IMG/VR virus record: IMGVR_UViG_3300050026_000388
Coordinates: 1 to 64,000 of that record
Direction: 5' to 3' (one strand)
Origin: a virus
Length of the DNA stretch: 64,000 nucleotides
The notes below the pieces were generated by a model. The model was not told where the DNA came from. It worked only from the letters and a program-made list of their open reading frames with translations, and ran no database searches. Below, piece after piece: positions 51,727-61,199 of this stretch (the stretch's first letter is position 1; each line of letters starts with the position of its first letter). Position numbers and translations under genes: made by a program.

Positions 51727-52271
51727 GGAGAAACTAATGTGGAAAGAAATAATAGCATATACCATTGCCGCCGCGATTGTTTGTTTCTTCGCGTGGCTGG
51801 TGTTGGGGTGAAAAATGAAACTGTCTATTGAACTTCCTGACGATGTGTGGGAACAAGTTAAGTCGCGCTGTTGGAACCTTGCAGCAATAGATAAAGACTT
51901 TAAACCGGCGTATTTGGTAACGCATATCTCTTGGAATGAAGGGGTGAAAAATGACTAGCCGATATAAATGTATCTACTGTTCCCAAGAGTTCACCACCGA
52001 GGAGGCTGAAGATAAATGTGCGGCGTATTATGGTGTTATTATAACAGGGTTTACTAAGTGTATCTGCAACATATGTTTCGTGGAACGGTGGAAGAAGGCA
52101 GAACCATTAGTGACTATCTATGATTTGGGTGAAAAGTGAGAAAAATGAGATTAGTATTTAACGGCAAATGCGGGCGGTGCCCGCAGGCGGCATATCTACC
52201 GGAAAACTATCCGTATATACGCTGCCAAGTATTGAAAACCGACGAACCACCAAAGGCAAAATGCCGCATAG

Positions 52272-52637
52272 GTGTTAGGCGCAGTGAAACGCGTGGCCAT
52301 CAAAAAAGCCTATAAAGAGTGTGAGTCATGCCCAGGTTACTGTTGCGTCACAAGCGTATCGCACCCGTGCGTACGGCTTACCGAGGACGATATACCGCGA
52401 ATCGCTAAACATTTAGGAATGAGTGAAGAAGTGTTTAGGCGCGATTATGTACACTATGCGTATCGTGACGAAGCGCCGTGCATCAAACAGTTCCGCCCTG
52501 GGCCGTGCACGTTCTGGCGCAGCGGGCTGTGCGGCATCCAGCCGGTCAAGCCGTCGACCTGCCGCCGCACGCCGCCCGAGGGGTATGGTAATATAACGTG
52601 CAAGATGTGGAATAAGGCGCGGGCAGGAATCGGCTGA
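52272..52637 (+). CDS. YkgJ-family cysteine-cluster protein (second copy)
   Basis: CESCPGYCC..PCTFW..CGI..KP..CR. Confidence 0.8.
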   Translation: MLGAVKRVAIKKAYKECESCPGYCCVTSVSHPCVRLTEDDIPRIAKHLGMSEEVFRRDYVHYAYRDEAPCIKQFRPGPCTFWRSGLCGIQPVKPSTCRRTPPEGYGNITCKMWNKARAGIG

Positions 52638-52651
52638 TTGACACTGGTTAA
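52638..52651. promoter_or_regulatory. Operator (reverse, TTGACACTGGTTAA) before the head module
   Basis: Exact reverse complement of the 7637 site. Confidence 0.65.
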
Positions 52652-53593
52652 TTGATTACTTTCATTGTGCTTAGGATATTGGTTTATAGTGTCAATAGCT
52701 ATATCAATATGATGTATAATCTAAAGGTGTGCGCACAGTGTGAGGTCGTATATCAACCACTTAGTGGTCACTCTAAATATTGTAGTAAGGAATGCCGGCG
52801 AGATGCAATAAATGGAATGCACAGGCAACGCTATGCTGACGATGACCAATACCGAAAGAAGATAATTGTGCAAAACACGCAGTTACGCATGCAGCGAATG
52901 GAAGACCCAGAATACCGAGCAGAAGCCAACGCGCAGCGCAGACAGCGCCGCGCAGATGGTTTAGAATCTTACGAAAAAGAAAAGGAACGGTTTAGGCAGC
53001 GGTATACAGAAGACCTAGAATTCCGCGAGAAAATGCGCAGTCGAGGTAATACTTGGAAAAGAAACAATCCTGAAAAGGTCAAAGCCAAAAATAAAAAATA
53101 TAACAGTTTGGAGATATCCCGTATACAAAAAAGAGCTTGGAAACTTAAAAATCCATTTCTTGTTAGGTTGAGTACTAAGCGCCGCCGCGCGCGTATCGCT
53201 GCTGTTTATCATGCATCTTACACAGAAGGAGAAGTGCTAAAGCAACTTAATGCACAAAACTATCTTGATTTTTATACCGATGAGCCGCTCTTTAATGGGT
53301 CAATCAAACCCGATATAACCGAAGACCATATTATTCCAATAGTAAATGGTGGCCCTGATATTTTAGATAACATTGTATTTGTAAAGATGGAAACTAACTC
53401 ACACAAACACACTAAGTTGCCAAGTGAGTTTATAGCTGGATTAGTAGACAGCGGTATAATAACACAAGAAGCCGCAGACCGTAAACTCAACTATCTACGT
53501 GAACGGTTATCTATGATTACGGTTCAAACGTGGCTATCTGAGTGGTACGCTCCGAATGAGTTTGAGTTTTTGATAAAAGAGCACCTAGGTTGA
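52652..53593 (+). CDS. HNH endonuclease with degenerate Zn ligands
   Basis: RRRAR..EDHIIP..GG..N..TN. The CxxC pairs are replaced (DFYT, VKMETN). Confidence 0.75.
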   Translation: MITFIVLRILVYSVNSYINMMYNLKVCAQCEVVYQPLSGHSKYCSKECRRDAINGMHRQRYADDDQYRKKIIVQNTQLRMQRMEDPEYRAEANAQRRQRRADGLESYEKEKERFRQRYTEDLEFREKMRSRGNTWKRNNPEKVKAKNKKYNSLEISRIQKRAWKLKNPFLVRLSTKRRRARIAAVYHASYTEGEVLKQLNAQNYLDFYTDEPLFNGSIKPDITEDHIIPIVNGGPDILDNIVFVKMETNSHKHTKLPSEFIAGLVDSGIITQEAADRKLNYLRERLSMITVQTWLSEWYAPNEFEFLIKEHLG

Positions 53594-53658
53594 TGATGGT
53601 TACGTTTCTGGTTTTACGAGATTCATTATATTAAACTTTGCAACCCACCTATTAGACG

Positions 53659-55140
53659 GTGTCTGAAGAAGACGCGCCGACGCCTGAACAGCGAAGCTTT
53701 TTTGAAAGATTTAGAGATAGACTTAGCGGGCGCCAACAGAAGGCCGCGGGTTTACCTGGCGTTTTAATCAAACTTCTCGGAAATAGAGAGACAGCCAGTA
53801 TCAAGCGGGATTCGGCTGCGTACCTCAAAGCCTTCAACGAACTACCATGGCTCCGTACAACCGTCACCAAAATCGCAAACTCAATGGCGGCCAACGACTG
53901 GGAGATTTTAAAGGTTACCACTGTAACCGATGAAACAGGCGAAACACGCGTCGTTGAAGAAGAGCCAAACGAACTATTACCTATCCATAATTTTTTGAAC
54001 AATCCAAACCCTCAGTTTAGCTTCGCGCAGTTGGTTTGGCTAATTACAATTTACCTAGAGCTAGTGGGCGAAGCCTTTCTATGGATGGTTCCCATTAATG
54101 GTGAGGTTAATGCATACCCAATCCCCCCAGACAAAGTAGTTAGAACACCAACCTTTGAGGACCCGTACTACCACATAAGCGGACCGCAGGGCGAATACAG
54201 CGCAGGTTTAGACGAAATCGTTGTCTTTATGCACCCCGACCCCGTCGACCCGTATAGCCGCGGTGTGGGACTCGCGCAATCGTTATCACACGACTTGGAC
54301 ACCGACGACGCCGCATCGCGCTATACCCTATCACACTTCAACAACAGCGCCCGCCCTGAGCTTTTGGTTTTTGGCGAGGGGCTGAATGCCGAACGCGCAA
54401 AACAGATGGAAGACGACTGGAACCAGCAGCATATGGGCTTCTGGAACGCCGGCAAAACTAGGTTCTTATCGCGCAAAGTAGAGATAAAAGAGATATCCCA
54501 GAAGTTTGAAGGCACGGATATTGTCAACCTACGCCAACACCAAAGGGACGTTGTGGCGTCGGTTATGGGCGTCCCCCCAGAAATCTTAGGGATTTTGCAA
54601 GCGTCAAACCGCGCCACGATAGACGCGGCAGACCTTTTCTTTTCACGTTACACCCTTAAACCCCGCCTCGACTTTTTGCAGGAAGTTTTCAACAAGCAGC
54701 TCATGCCACGCTTCGATGACACCGGCACCGTCGTAATGAAGTTTATAAACCCGACGCAGAAGGATAAGGAAACAATACTAAAAGCTGCACGGTTTATGCC
54801 TTCCGCATTATCAATAAACGACTGGCGCGAGCTCATGGAGTTTGACCCACTTGACGGCGATGAGGGTGACTGTTATCTTGTACCACTTAACATGCAGGTT
54901 TTGAGTAAGCTGAAAGGTGGCGTCACCGAAGCAGGGCCGCCACAAGCGGTAGGGTCACCAGCTGTGCCTTCAGCGCCTTCAGCACCGAAACCAACTACAC
55001 CCGCAGCCCCAGGAGAAACACCCGCACCCACACCTGCCGCTGAGCCGGCAGCCGCAGCATCGGCCGCCTACGGTGAGCTGGAAACAAAGTTTGGCACCCT
55101 CAAAGGCCGCAAGGTAAAGCATTTTAAGGACTTGAAGTAA
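53659..55140 (+). CDS. Portal protein (HK97 family)
   Basis: NPNP..LVGEAF..FNNSARP..GVPPEILG..INDWR. Confidence 0.93.
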   Translation: MSEEDAPTPEQRSFFERFRDRLSGRQQKAAGLPGVLIKLLGNRETASIKRDSAAYLKAFNELPWLRTTVTKIANSMAANDWEILKVTTVTDETGETRVVEEEPNELLPIHNFLNNPNPQFSFAQLVWLITIYLELVGEAFLWMVPINGEVNAYPIPPDKVVRTPTFEDPYYHISGPQGEYSAGLDEIVVFMHPDPVDPYSRGVGLAQSLSHDLDTDDAASRYTLSHFNNSARPELLVFGEGLNAERAKQMEDDWNQQHMGFWNAGKTRFLSRKVEIKEISQKFEGTDIVNLRQHQRDVVASVMGVPPEILGILQASNRATIDAADLFFSRYTLKPRLDFLQEVFNKQLMPRFDDTGTVVMKFINPTQKDKETILKAARFMPSALSINDWRELMEFDPLDGDEGDCYLVPLNMQVLSKLKGGVTEAGPPQAVGSPAVPSAPSAPKPTTPAAPGETPAPTPAAEPAAAASAAYGELETKFGTLKGRKVKHFKDLK

Positions 55141-55168
55141 GGGCGTGGAACTTACGAGGAGATGACGC

Positions 55169-55711
55169 GTGCCGTATAAAGACCCCGAAAAAGACCGAGA
55201 ATGTCAACAGAAGTATCGGGAAGAGCATCGAGCGGAAGCCCTAGAATATGCGCGCGAATACCGGACTAAGAACCGCGATGAGATACTTGCCAAGAAACGT
55301 GACTATAATTCTAAACATTACGAAGCAAACCACGAAGAGCTGTTAGAACAGCAGAGGCAGAACTACAGGGCAAACAAGGAAAAAGTGCTCAAACGCTGTC
55401 AAGAATACCGTAAAAAGAATCCAGAAAAGTGCCGGATATGGAAACATAACCGTCGCGCAAAACTAAAAGAGAACGGTGGCACTTTTACCTTCAGAGAACT
55501 TAATGAGCAATTCGAAAGGCAAGAGGGATTCTGTTACTATTGCGGTGAACTTCTTTACAAATCGTTTGATAGCAGCGTTCACATAGACCATAAAACTCCA
55601 ATCTCTCGTGGTGGTTCTAACAACATATCAAATATTGCACTAGCATGCTCAGCTTGTAATCAAAAGAAGTTTACAAAGACGGCAGAAGAATTCATGGAGA
55701 TGATTAAATGA
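55169..55711 (+). CDS. HNH endonuclease between portal and protease
   Basis: HNRRAK..GG..CYYCG..HIDHKTPISRGG..CSACN. Confidence 0.88.
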   Translation: MPYKDPEKDRECQQKYREEHRAEALEYAREYRTKNRDEILAKKRDYNSKHYEANHEELLEQQRQNYRANKEKVLKRCQEYRKKNPEKCRIWKHNRRAKLKENGGTFTFRELNEQFERQEGFCYYCGELLYKSFDSSVHIDHKTPISRGGSNNISNIALACSACNQKKFTKTAEEFMEMIK

Positions 55712-57765
55712 CGCTTGCAAAAGACATTGCGCATGGCGTTCCGGTATTTAAAACGTTTAGGGTTAAAGACGTTCAAGATTTGTCAACCGACGGCGCAATG
55801 CGTTTACAGTTCACAATTTCGAATGAGGATACTGACCGTGATGGGGATACTATAGATGCAAAGGGTTGGACGCTTGCCAATTTTAGTAAGAACCCCGTTG
55901 CAATGTGGGCACACGATTATACGAAATTGCCTGCCGCACGTGCTCTAAAGACCTGGCAAGTTGGACCAGACCTAAAAACGCTGGCCGAATTTACACCTGA
56001 CGAACTATACGATAATAACTACCACGGCATACGTGGGTCAACCATTTATCGCTTTTATAAAGCAGGGTTCCTCAACGCAGTAAGCGCGGGGTTTTATCCA
56101 GTTGCTTGGGAACCAATGACGGGCAAAGGTGCGATGGGTACGCATTTTACATCACAGGACCTTATAGAGTTTAGTTTTGTGCCAGTTCCATCAAATCCAG
56201 GCGCATTGGTCGCACGTGACGGTTTTAATAATAACGAAATTAAATCAATGAAAAAGGAGATGCGCCGCTGGATAAAGGAAGCTGACGCGCTCTGTTCCTG
56301 CCCCGTCGAAGAGAAAGCATTAGGGGCATCTGAAGATAGCACCGGAGGCGCGCTTGTGCCTTCAGGAAATCAAGAACAAGAAGGAGATTCTAAAATGAAA
56401 AAAGGAGCGATATCATATAAAGACGCTCATCCTGACGGCACACCAAAAGCGGAACCGGACGAACCATGGTCGGCAGCAGCCGAACGCGCAAAATGCCAGA
56501 AGGCCGCGCACCTGAAGGCAGTTCACGCGGGCTTCACTGGTGGCGACGACTCTGATAAGGGCAACTTTATTTTACCTCATCACGGCGGCGAACCACCCCA
56601 CCCTGTTCACCTCAAGGCGGTTAAAACAATCGCTAAGAAGTTTACATCCAGTAAGAAGGCCGCCGCGAATATGCAGTACGGGGATGAGTGGGATTTCACG
56701 CAGAATGATAATCAAGTTATAATGGACCACGTCGCGCAGCACCTCAACGAGTTTAAGGAGCCGATACCGTGGGACGTTTCAACGGATGACAAACCGGGGG
56801 CGGCTAAAGATGCTTCCGACGTTGAAGTAAAATCAATCACTGACTCTGACAAATCCTCTTTACAAGCAGGAATCAACAAAGAAAACCTGCAAGACCTCTC
56901 AGCATATCACCGGCGCATGCACATGTTTGCCGCGCAGGGCAATATGATGACTGGATTCTCACAAGCGGATATGAACTGGCTACACGCAGCGATTGAATCG
57001 GCAATGTGCAAAGCGCACAAAGCACAAGACCCGCCAACAGATTGCGCGCCAGCGTCACCTCTTGAATGGAAAAAGTCTGTTAAGGCAGCTAAGCCAAAGC
57101 CAGATGAAGACGATGAAGAAGACGGCAAGGAAGAAGACGGCGACGAGGAAGAGAAGTGCAGTCATATCACGGACGTAACCGGCGCGATTGCCGAGCGTGA
57201 AAACAGCAAGAAGTCTGAGAAGGCCGAAGCTGGCGAGGATGACAAAGAGGACGAGGATGAGGAGGAAGAACCAGTGACCCCAGAAAAGCCTGAAAAACCA
57301 ACGGAAAAGAAGGCAGCGGAAGACGGCCACGTAACGAAGATAGGCCGCGCACTCAGCAAAGCCAACGAAGCCGCGCTTAACGAAGCACTCGGCAAGTTCA
57401 GCGAAGGATTCGGCCAGCACGACAAAGGACTTCAGTTCCACGAAAAAGTAACTAAAGCGCACGCAAAGGCACTGGACGCGCACGAAGAGGCAATGAAGTG
57501 CTATCAGGCGGGCGCGGACAAATTGAAATCTGTGCTGAAGGCAATGGGTGACAAACCTGACGAAGGCTCCGAAGCGGAAGAGGAAAACGAAACCCCCGAA
57601 GAGGAAGCTGAAGAGCAGGGTAAGCCTCAACAGAAGGCACCCGTCGCAGAGCCAGTAGAAAAGGCAGAACCAGAAGATGAAGTCATCGCGGTCGACCCTG
57701 ATATGCTGGCAGAAGAATTGACAGAATTTTTCAAACAGATTAGAAAGGAATTTGAATTATCGTGA
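55708..57765 (+). CDS. HK97-type prohead protease with long multi-domain/acidic extension
   Basis: DRDGD..NPVAMWAHD..AVSAGF..EFSFVPVPSNP, then an LPHH domain and an acidic scaffold-like tail. Confidence 0.9.
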   Translation: MTLAKDIAHGVPVFKTFRVKDVQDLSTDGAMRLQFTISNEDTDRDGDTIDAKGWTLANFSKNPVAMWAHDYTKLPAARALKTWQVGPDLKTLAEFTPDELYDNNYHGIRGSTIYRFYKAGFLNAVSAGFYPVAWEPMTGKGAMGTHFTSQDLIEFSFVPVPSNPGALVARDGFNNNEIKSMKKEMRRWIKEADALCSCPVEEKALGASEDSTGGALVPSGNQEQEGDSKMKKGAISYKDAHPDGTPKAEPDEPWSAAAERAKCQKAAHLKAVHAGFTGGDDSDKGNFILPHHGGEPPHPVHLKAVKTIAKKFTSSKKAAANMQYGDEWDFTQNDNQVIMDHVAQHLNEFKEPIPWDVSTDDKPGAAKDASDVEVKSITDSDKSSLQAGINKENLQDLSAYHRRMHMFAAQGNMMTGFSQADMNWLHAAIESAMCKAHKAQDPPTDCAPASPLEWKKSVKAAKPKPDEDDEEDGKEEDGDEEEKCSHITDVTGAIAERENSKKSEKAEAGEDDKEDEDEEEEPVTPEKPEKPTEKKAAEDGHVTKIGRALSKANEAALNEALGKFSEGFGQHDKGLQFHEKVTKAHAKALDAHEEAMKCYQAGADKLKSVLKAMGDKPDEGSEAEEENETPEEEAEEQGKPQQKAPVAEPVEKAEPEDEVIAVDPDMLAEELTEFFKQIRKEFELS

Positions 57766-57814
57766 GCGCGCGGTGTAATTGCGCACTCAATACAAAACTA
57801 TAGGAGTAAAAAAC

Positions 57815-59035
57815 ATGGACGAAGCAGAAATGTCCCGTAATCAAATAAGGGACATGATTAAAGAAGTGCTTGGCCCGCAACTAGAGGACATGAAGAAAGC
57901 GCAAGCAGCGCGCGACAATCTACAGACGCGCGCCATGCTCAGCGGTCCACAGGGAACCCAGAAAACTGGTGAGCCTGAACCCGTTGGCAGATTTATTAAA
58001 GCGCTTGTATTGTCTCGTGGGGACCCAGACCGCGCGCTTAAGTTTGCAGAGTCAAACTATGGGAAGGATTCAATCGTTTCCAAAGCTTTGGCAGCAAACA
58101 TAGACGTGTCCGGCGGATTCCTCATCCCAGAAGTCCTCTCGGCTGAGATTATTGAATTTCTCAGGCCAGCATCCGTCGTACGTTCGATGGGTGCAAGGGT
58201 TTTGCCACTGAATAATCTTCAGATGAGTATCCCCAAGATAACAGGTGGGGCCCGGGCATCGTATGTTGGTGAAAACGTTAACATGCGGGCTACGCAAGAG
58301 TCATTCGGTCAGATAACGCTCTCAGCGAAAAAGCTGGCGGCATTGGTTCCAATCAGCAACGAACTGTTGCAGGTTAACAGCGCCTCTGCAGACCAAATCG
58401 TTAGAGAAGACCTTGTGAAGGCGCTCGCAATGCGCGAGGACCAAGCATTTATCCGCGATGTCGGCAGTGAAAACACGCCGCGCGGATTGAAGTCGTGGAT
58501 ACATCCCGACAACCAGTTCTATCCAAGCGCAATAACTACGGCAGCAACTCTTAAGACGGTTACTAACGACCTCGCCACGTGTATCTTGAAGCTTCGGAAC
58601 GCGAACATACCCATGACAAACTGTGGGTGGATATTCGCACCGAGGATTGAGTATACCCTTATGACAATACGCGACTCGCTAGGTAACTACGCATTTAGGC
58701 CAGAGATGAGCACAGGAAAGCTCATGAACTTCCCATACGCAGTCACGACCCAAATCCCAACGAATTTGACTACAACCGGAACTAATGCAGTTACCGGAAC
58801 AGGTAGTGAAATTTACTTTGTGAACTTCGACGACGCCATTATTGGCGACGCGATGCAGGTCAGAATTGACGTCAGCAATACCGCAGCTTACTACGATGGA
58901 ATGAACGTAGTCGCTACGTTCTCCGAAGACCAGACGGTCATTAGGGCAGTCTCTATGCACGATTTCGCTATGAGATACGACAGAGCAGCAGCCCTCATGT
59001 ACGGCGTCGATTGGGGAACTTCGATTATGAGCTAA
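57815..59035 (+). CDS. Major capsid protein (HK97 fold)
   Basis: GGFLIPE..YVGE..KKLAALVPISNELL. SD AGGAG before ATG 57815. Confidence 0.95.
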   Translation: MDEAEMSRNQIRDMIKEVLGPQLEDMKKAQAARDNLQTRAMLSGPQGTQKTGEPEPVGRFIKALVLSRGDPDRALKFAESNYGKDSIVSKALAANIDVSGGFLIPEVLSAEIIEFLRPASVVRSMGARVLPLNNLQMSIPKITGGARASYVGENVNMRATQESFGQITLSAKKLAALVPISNELLQVNSASADQIVREDLVKALAMREDQAFIRDVGSENTPRGLKSWIHPDNQFYPSAITTAATLKTVTNDLATCILKLRNANIPMTNCGWIFAPRIEYTLMTIRDSLGNYAFRPEMSTGKLMNFPYAVTTQIPTNLTTTGTNAVTGTGSEIYFVNFDDAIIGDAMQVRIDVSNTAAYYDGMNVVATFSEDQTVIRAVSMHDFAMRYDRAAALMYGVDWGTSIMS

Positions 59036-59048
59036 GGAGTGAAAGAAA

Positions 59049-59810
59049 ATGAATAAGTACGATATTTCGAGTAGGGTTGATGTGCGACACTGTGCTGTAG
59101 CAAGTGCAGCAAGTGGTGCATCTATTATCACTCCAACGAATTCACTTACCATTGCGGATGGCATTCTAGTACCATGGCCAGTTGACAGAACGGGCTTTCA
59201 GTCCTGGATGCTTCACGTGTGTATGCAGGTGGCTCTCGTAGACGCAGGCGCTCACGTGGCAACGGTAACGGCAGTTAAGATGCAGTCTTACTCCGAAGCA
59301 AGCGGCGATGAAAACCTTGCGGCTAACGTCGGAACGTGGGAGGATATGACCTCCGTTACGACTACCGATGTTAACTACAAACCCTTGTATATGGCCAAGA
59401 CTGGTGTTCTTGGAACGCCATGGTTTAACCTAAACCAACAGGCAGCGGAAACGCCTGCATTTACAGGTGCGCCTTACGTGGCGGCGGGTGGAAACTTTGT
59501 TGACCAGCCGTTTACCTACGATTCGACGGCGCTTGTTGGTGGGGTTGACATCCACGACGGCGAAGTTGCTGCATATCCGGTTATACTTGATATGCGCATT
59601 TTCGGAAACTTCCGAGACTACAACACGCAGGCGGCATCACCCTACGAGCACGGCACCGTTGGAAAGTGCGTTGCGCCTTATATCAGCGTTACGTCAACGG
59701 CGGCATATACTGTGTACGCAGACCTGCTACTCGGTGGAGCTGACGAACTGCCAGTTATCCAGGGTAACACGATGGGCGGCACGGCGGCCTACTACTCTCG
59801 GGGAACATAA
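59049..59810 (+). CDS. Putative capsid decoration protein
   Basis: Directly after MCP, beta-rich, with VDRTGF motif. Confidence 0.5.
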   Translation: MNKYDISSRVDVRHCAVASAASGASIITPTNSLTIADGILVPWPVDRTGFQSWMLHVCMQVALVDAGAHVATVTAVKMQSYSEASGDENLAANVGTWEDMTSVTTTDVNYKPLYMAKTGVLGTPWFNLNQQAAETPAFTGAPYVAAGGNFVDQPFTYDSTALVGGVDIHDGEVAAYPVILDMRIFGNFRDYNTQAASPYEHGTVGKCVAPYISVTSTAAYTVYADLLLGGADELPVIQGNTMGGTAAYYSRGT

Positions 59811-59818
59811 GACCCTAA

Positions 59819-60016
59819 ATGAAAGAAGTTAGGTTTACTCGCAGCAGACCACCATATACTACGGGAGACGTGGCACAGTTCGAAGACAAAGTCGCTGACG
59901 ACTTTGTTACGATGGGGGTGGCAGAATACTACCAGCCCCCTTTAGCCAAAAACTTAGACGCGCCACCCGAGGACAAAATGGTGAAAAGCAGCGAGGTAAA
60001 GAAAAAGGCAATTTGA
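59819..60016 (+). CDS. Small head-associated protein
   Basis: VRF..PY..GDVA.F..GVAE..PPEDKMVK is a typical post-capsid small protein. Confidence 0.6.
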   Translation: MKEVRFTRSRPPYTTGDVAQFEDKVADDFVTMGVAEYYQPPLAKNLDAPPEDKMVKSSEVKKKAI

Positions 60017-60053
60017 GAGAGTTATTCTCTCATCTTTCTTTTTTACATAAAAA

Positions 60054-60629
60054 ATGACGGTCTGTTCACGCTGCAAAACAGAATATCTAGCAGATGGCTT
60101 TAAGCGGTGTCTCGCGTGTCGAGAAAAACATAGCAAATATATGAAGGATTATCGCAAGAAAAATCCTGAATATTCTGAATATATGAAAATATATTTGAAA
60201 GATTACCGAACGACACACACAGAAAAATGCAAAGAAGCTATAAAAAAGTGGAGAGAAGCAAATCGTGAGTATATGAGAGAATACATGCGTGCGTATATGC
60301 GTTGTTACAAAACCCGCGAACTCGGTACGTTTAAATTAGAAGATATTAAACGTCTAACGCGAGAGCAGCGTAATCTGTGTTTCTACTGTGGAAACCCAGT
60401 AGGTAATGAGCGCGAAGCACACATTGAACACGTTATCCCGTTATCTAACGGGGGCAGCAATGAATTATCAAATATAGTCATTGCTTGTGGAACGTGCAAC
60501 CGCTCTAAATATACAAAAGATGGATTTACCTTTCTTTCATATCTTGTAGAACGAGGGGACATCACACCCGAAGCCGCCTCTGAAAGATTAAATCTATTAG
60601 TTGAGAGACAGACCAAACTTTTTTCATAG
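60054..60629 (+). CDS. HNH endonuclease
   Basis: CFYCG..HIEHVIPLSNGG..CGTCN. Confidence 0.85.
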   Translation: MTVCSRCKTEYLADGFKRCLACREKHSKYMKDYRKKNPEYSEYMKIYLKDYRTTHTEKCKEAIKKWREANREYMREYMRAYMRCYKTRELGTFKLEDIKRLTREQRNLCFYCGNPVGNEREAHIEHVIPLSNGGSNELSNIVIACGTCNRSKYTKDGFTFLSYLVERGDITPEAASERLNLLVERQTKLFS

Positions 60630-60638
60630 GAGGTAATA

Positions 60639-61190
60639 ATGGCTTTTCCAGCAGGAACAGGCATAGACACAGACGGCGACATGAGTGGTTCGGCGTGGAA
60701 CGCTGACGGCACGGCGCTGATAGAATGGGGGGCAATACTTGAAAACTTAGGTAATGCGATTGACCCTGTAACGAACAGCCTTAACGTAGGCGCAGGGCCG
60801 ACAACGGTAAGCGGCCTCGTAATGACTAAGACCACCATTCACTATAACGACGCGTCACCTGTTACACTTACAACCACCGCCACAAATACGATACTTACAG
60901 ACGTTATCGTTGTAGCTACTACAGCATGGAACGGTACTACCCCATCAATAGACATCGGCACCATAGCGGACGCGGACGGCATACTACCAAACGCGAGTAT
61001 TACGAAAACCCTTAACGCGGTAAGCGGTGAGGATGTAACTACGCGCGGGGTGGACCTTTACGCTAGTTCACACGCGAAGCTTAAGTTCTATGCGGCGGCA
61101 ACGGCGATAAGAGCTACAATAGCAATTACAGATACAAGCGCGGGTGTAGCGGACGTCTATCTAATATGGGCACATTATACACCCCCGTAG
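60639..61190 (+). CDS. Virion structural protein (decoration-like)
   Basis: TTAWNG..IDIG..DG beta-sandwich pattern. Paralog of the next gene. Confidence 0.5.
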   Translation: MAFPAGTGIDTDGDMSGSAWNADGTALIEWGAILENLGNAIDPVTNSLNVGAGPTTVSGLVMTKTTIHYNDASPVTLTTTATNTILTDVIVVATTAWNGTTPSIDIGTIADADGILPNASITKTLNAVSGEDVTTRGVDLYASSHAKLKFYAAATAIRATIAITDTSAGVADVYLIWAHYTPP

Positions 61191-61199
61191 GCGGCAATC

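Noticed and set aside
57055-57640. Long minus-strand ORFs opposite the protease (and similar ones at 18749, 34613, 58679)
   Set aside because: They are antisense shadows of well-supported + strand genes and have no motifs.
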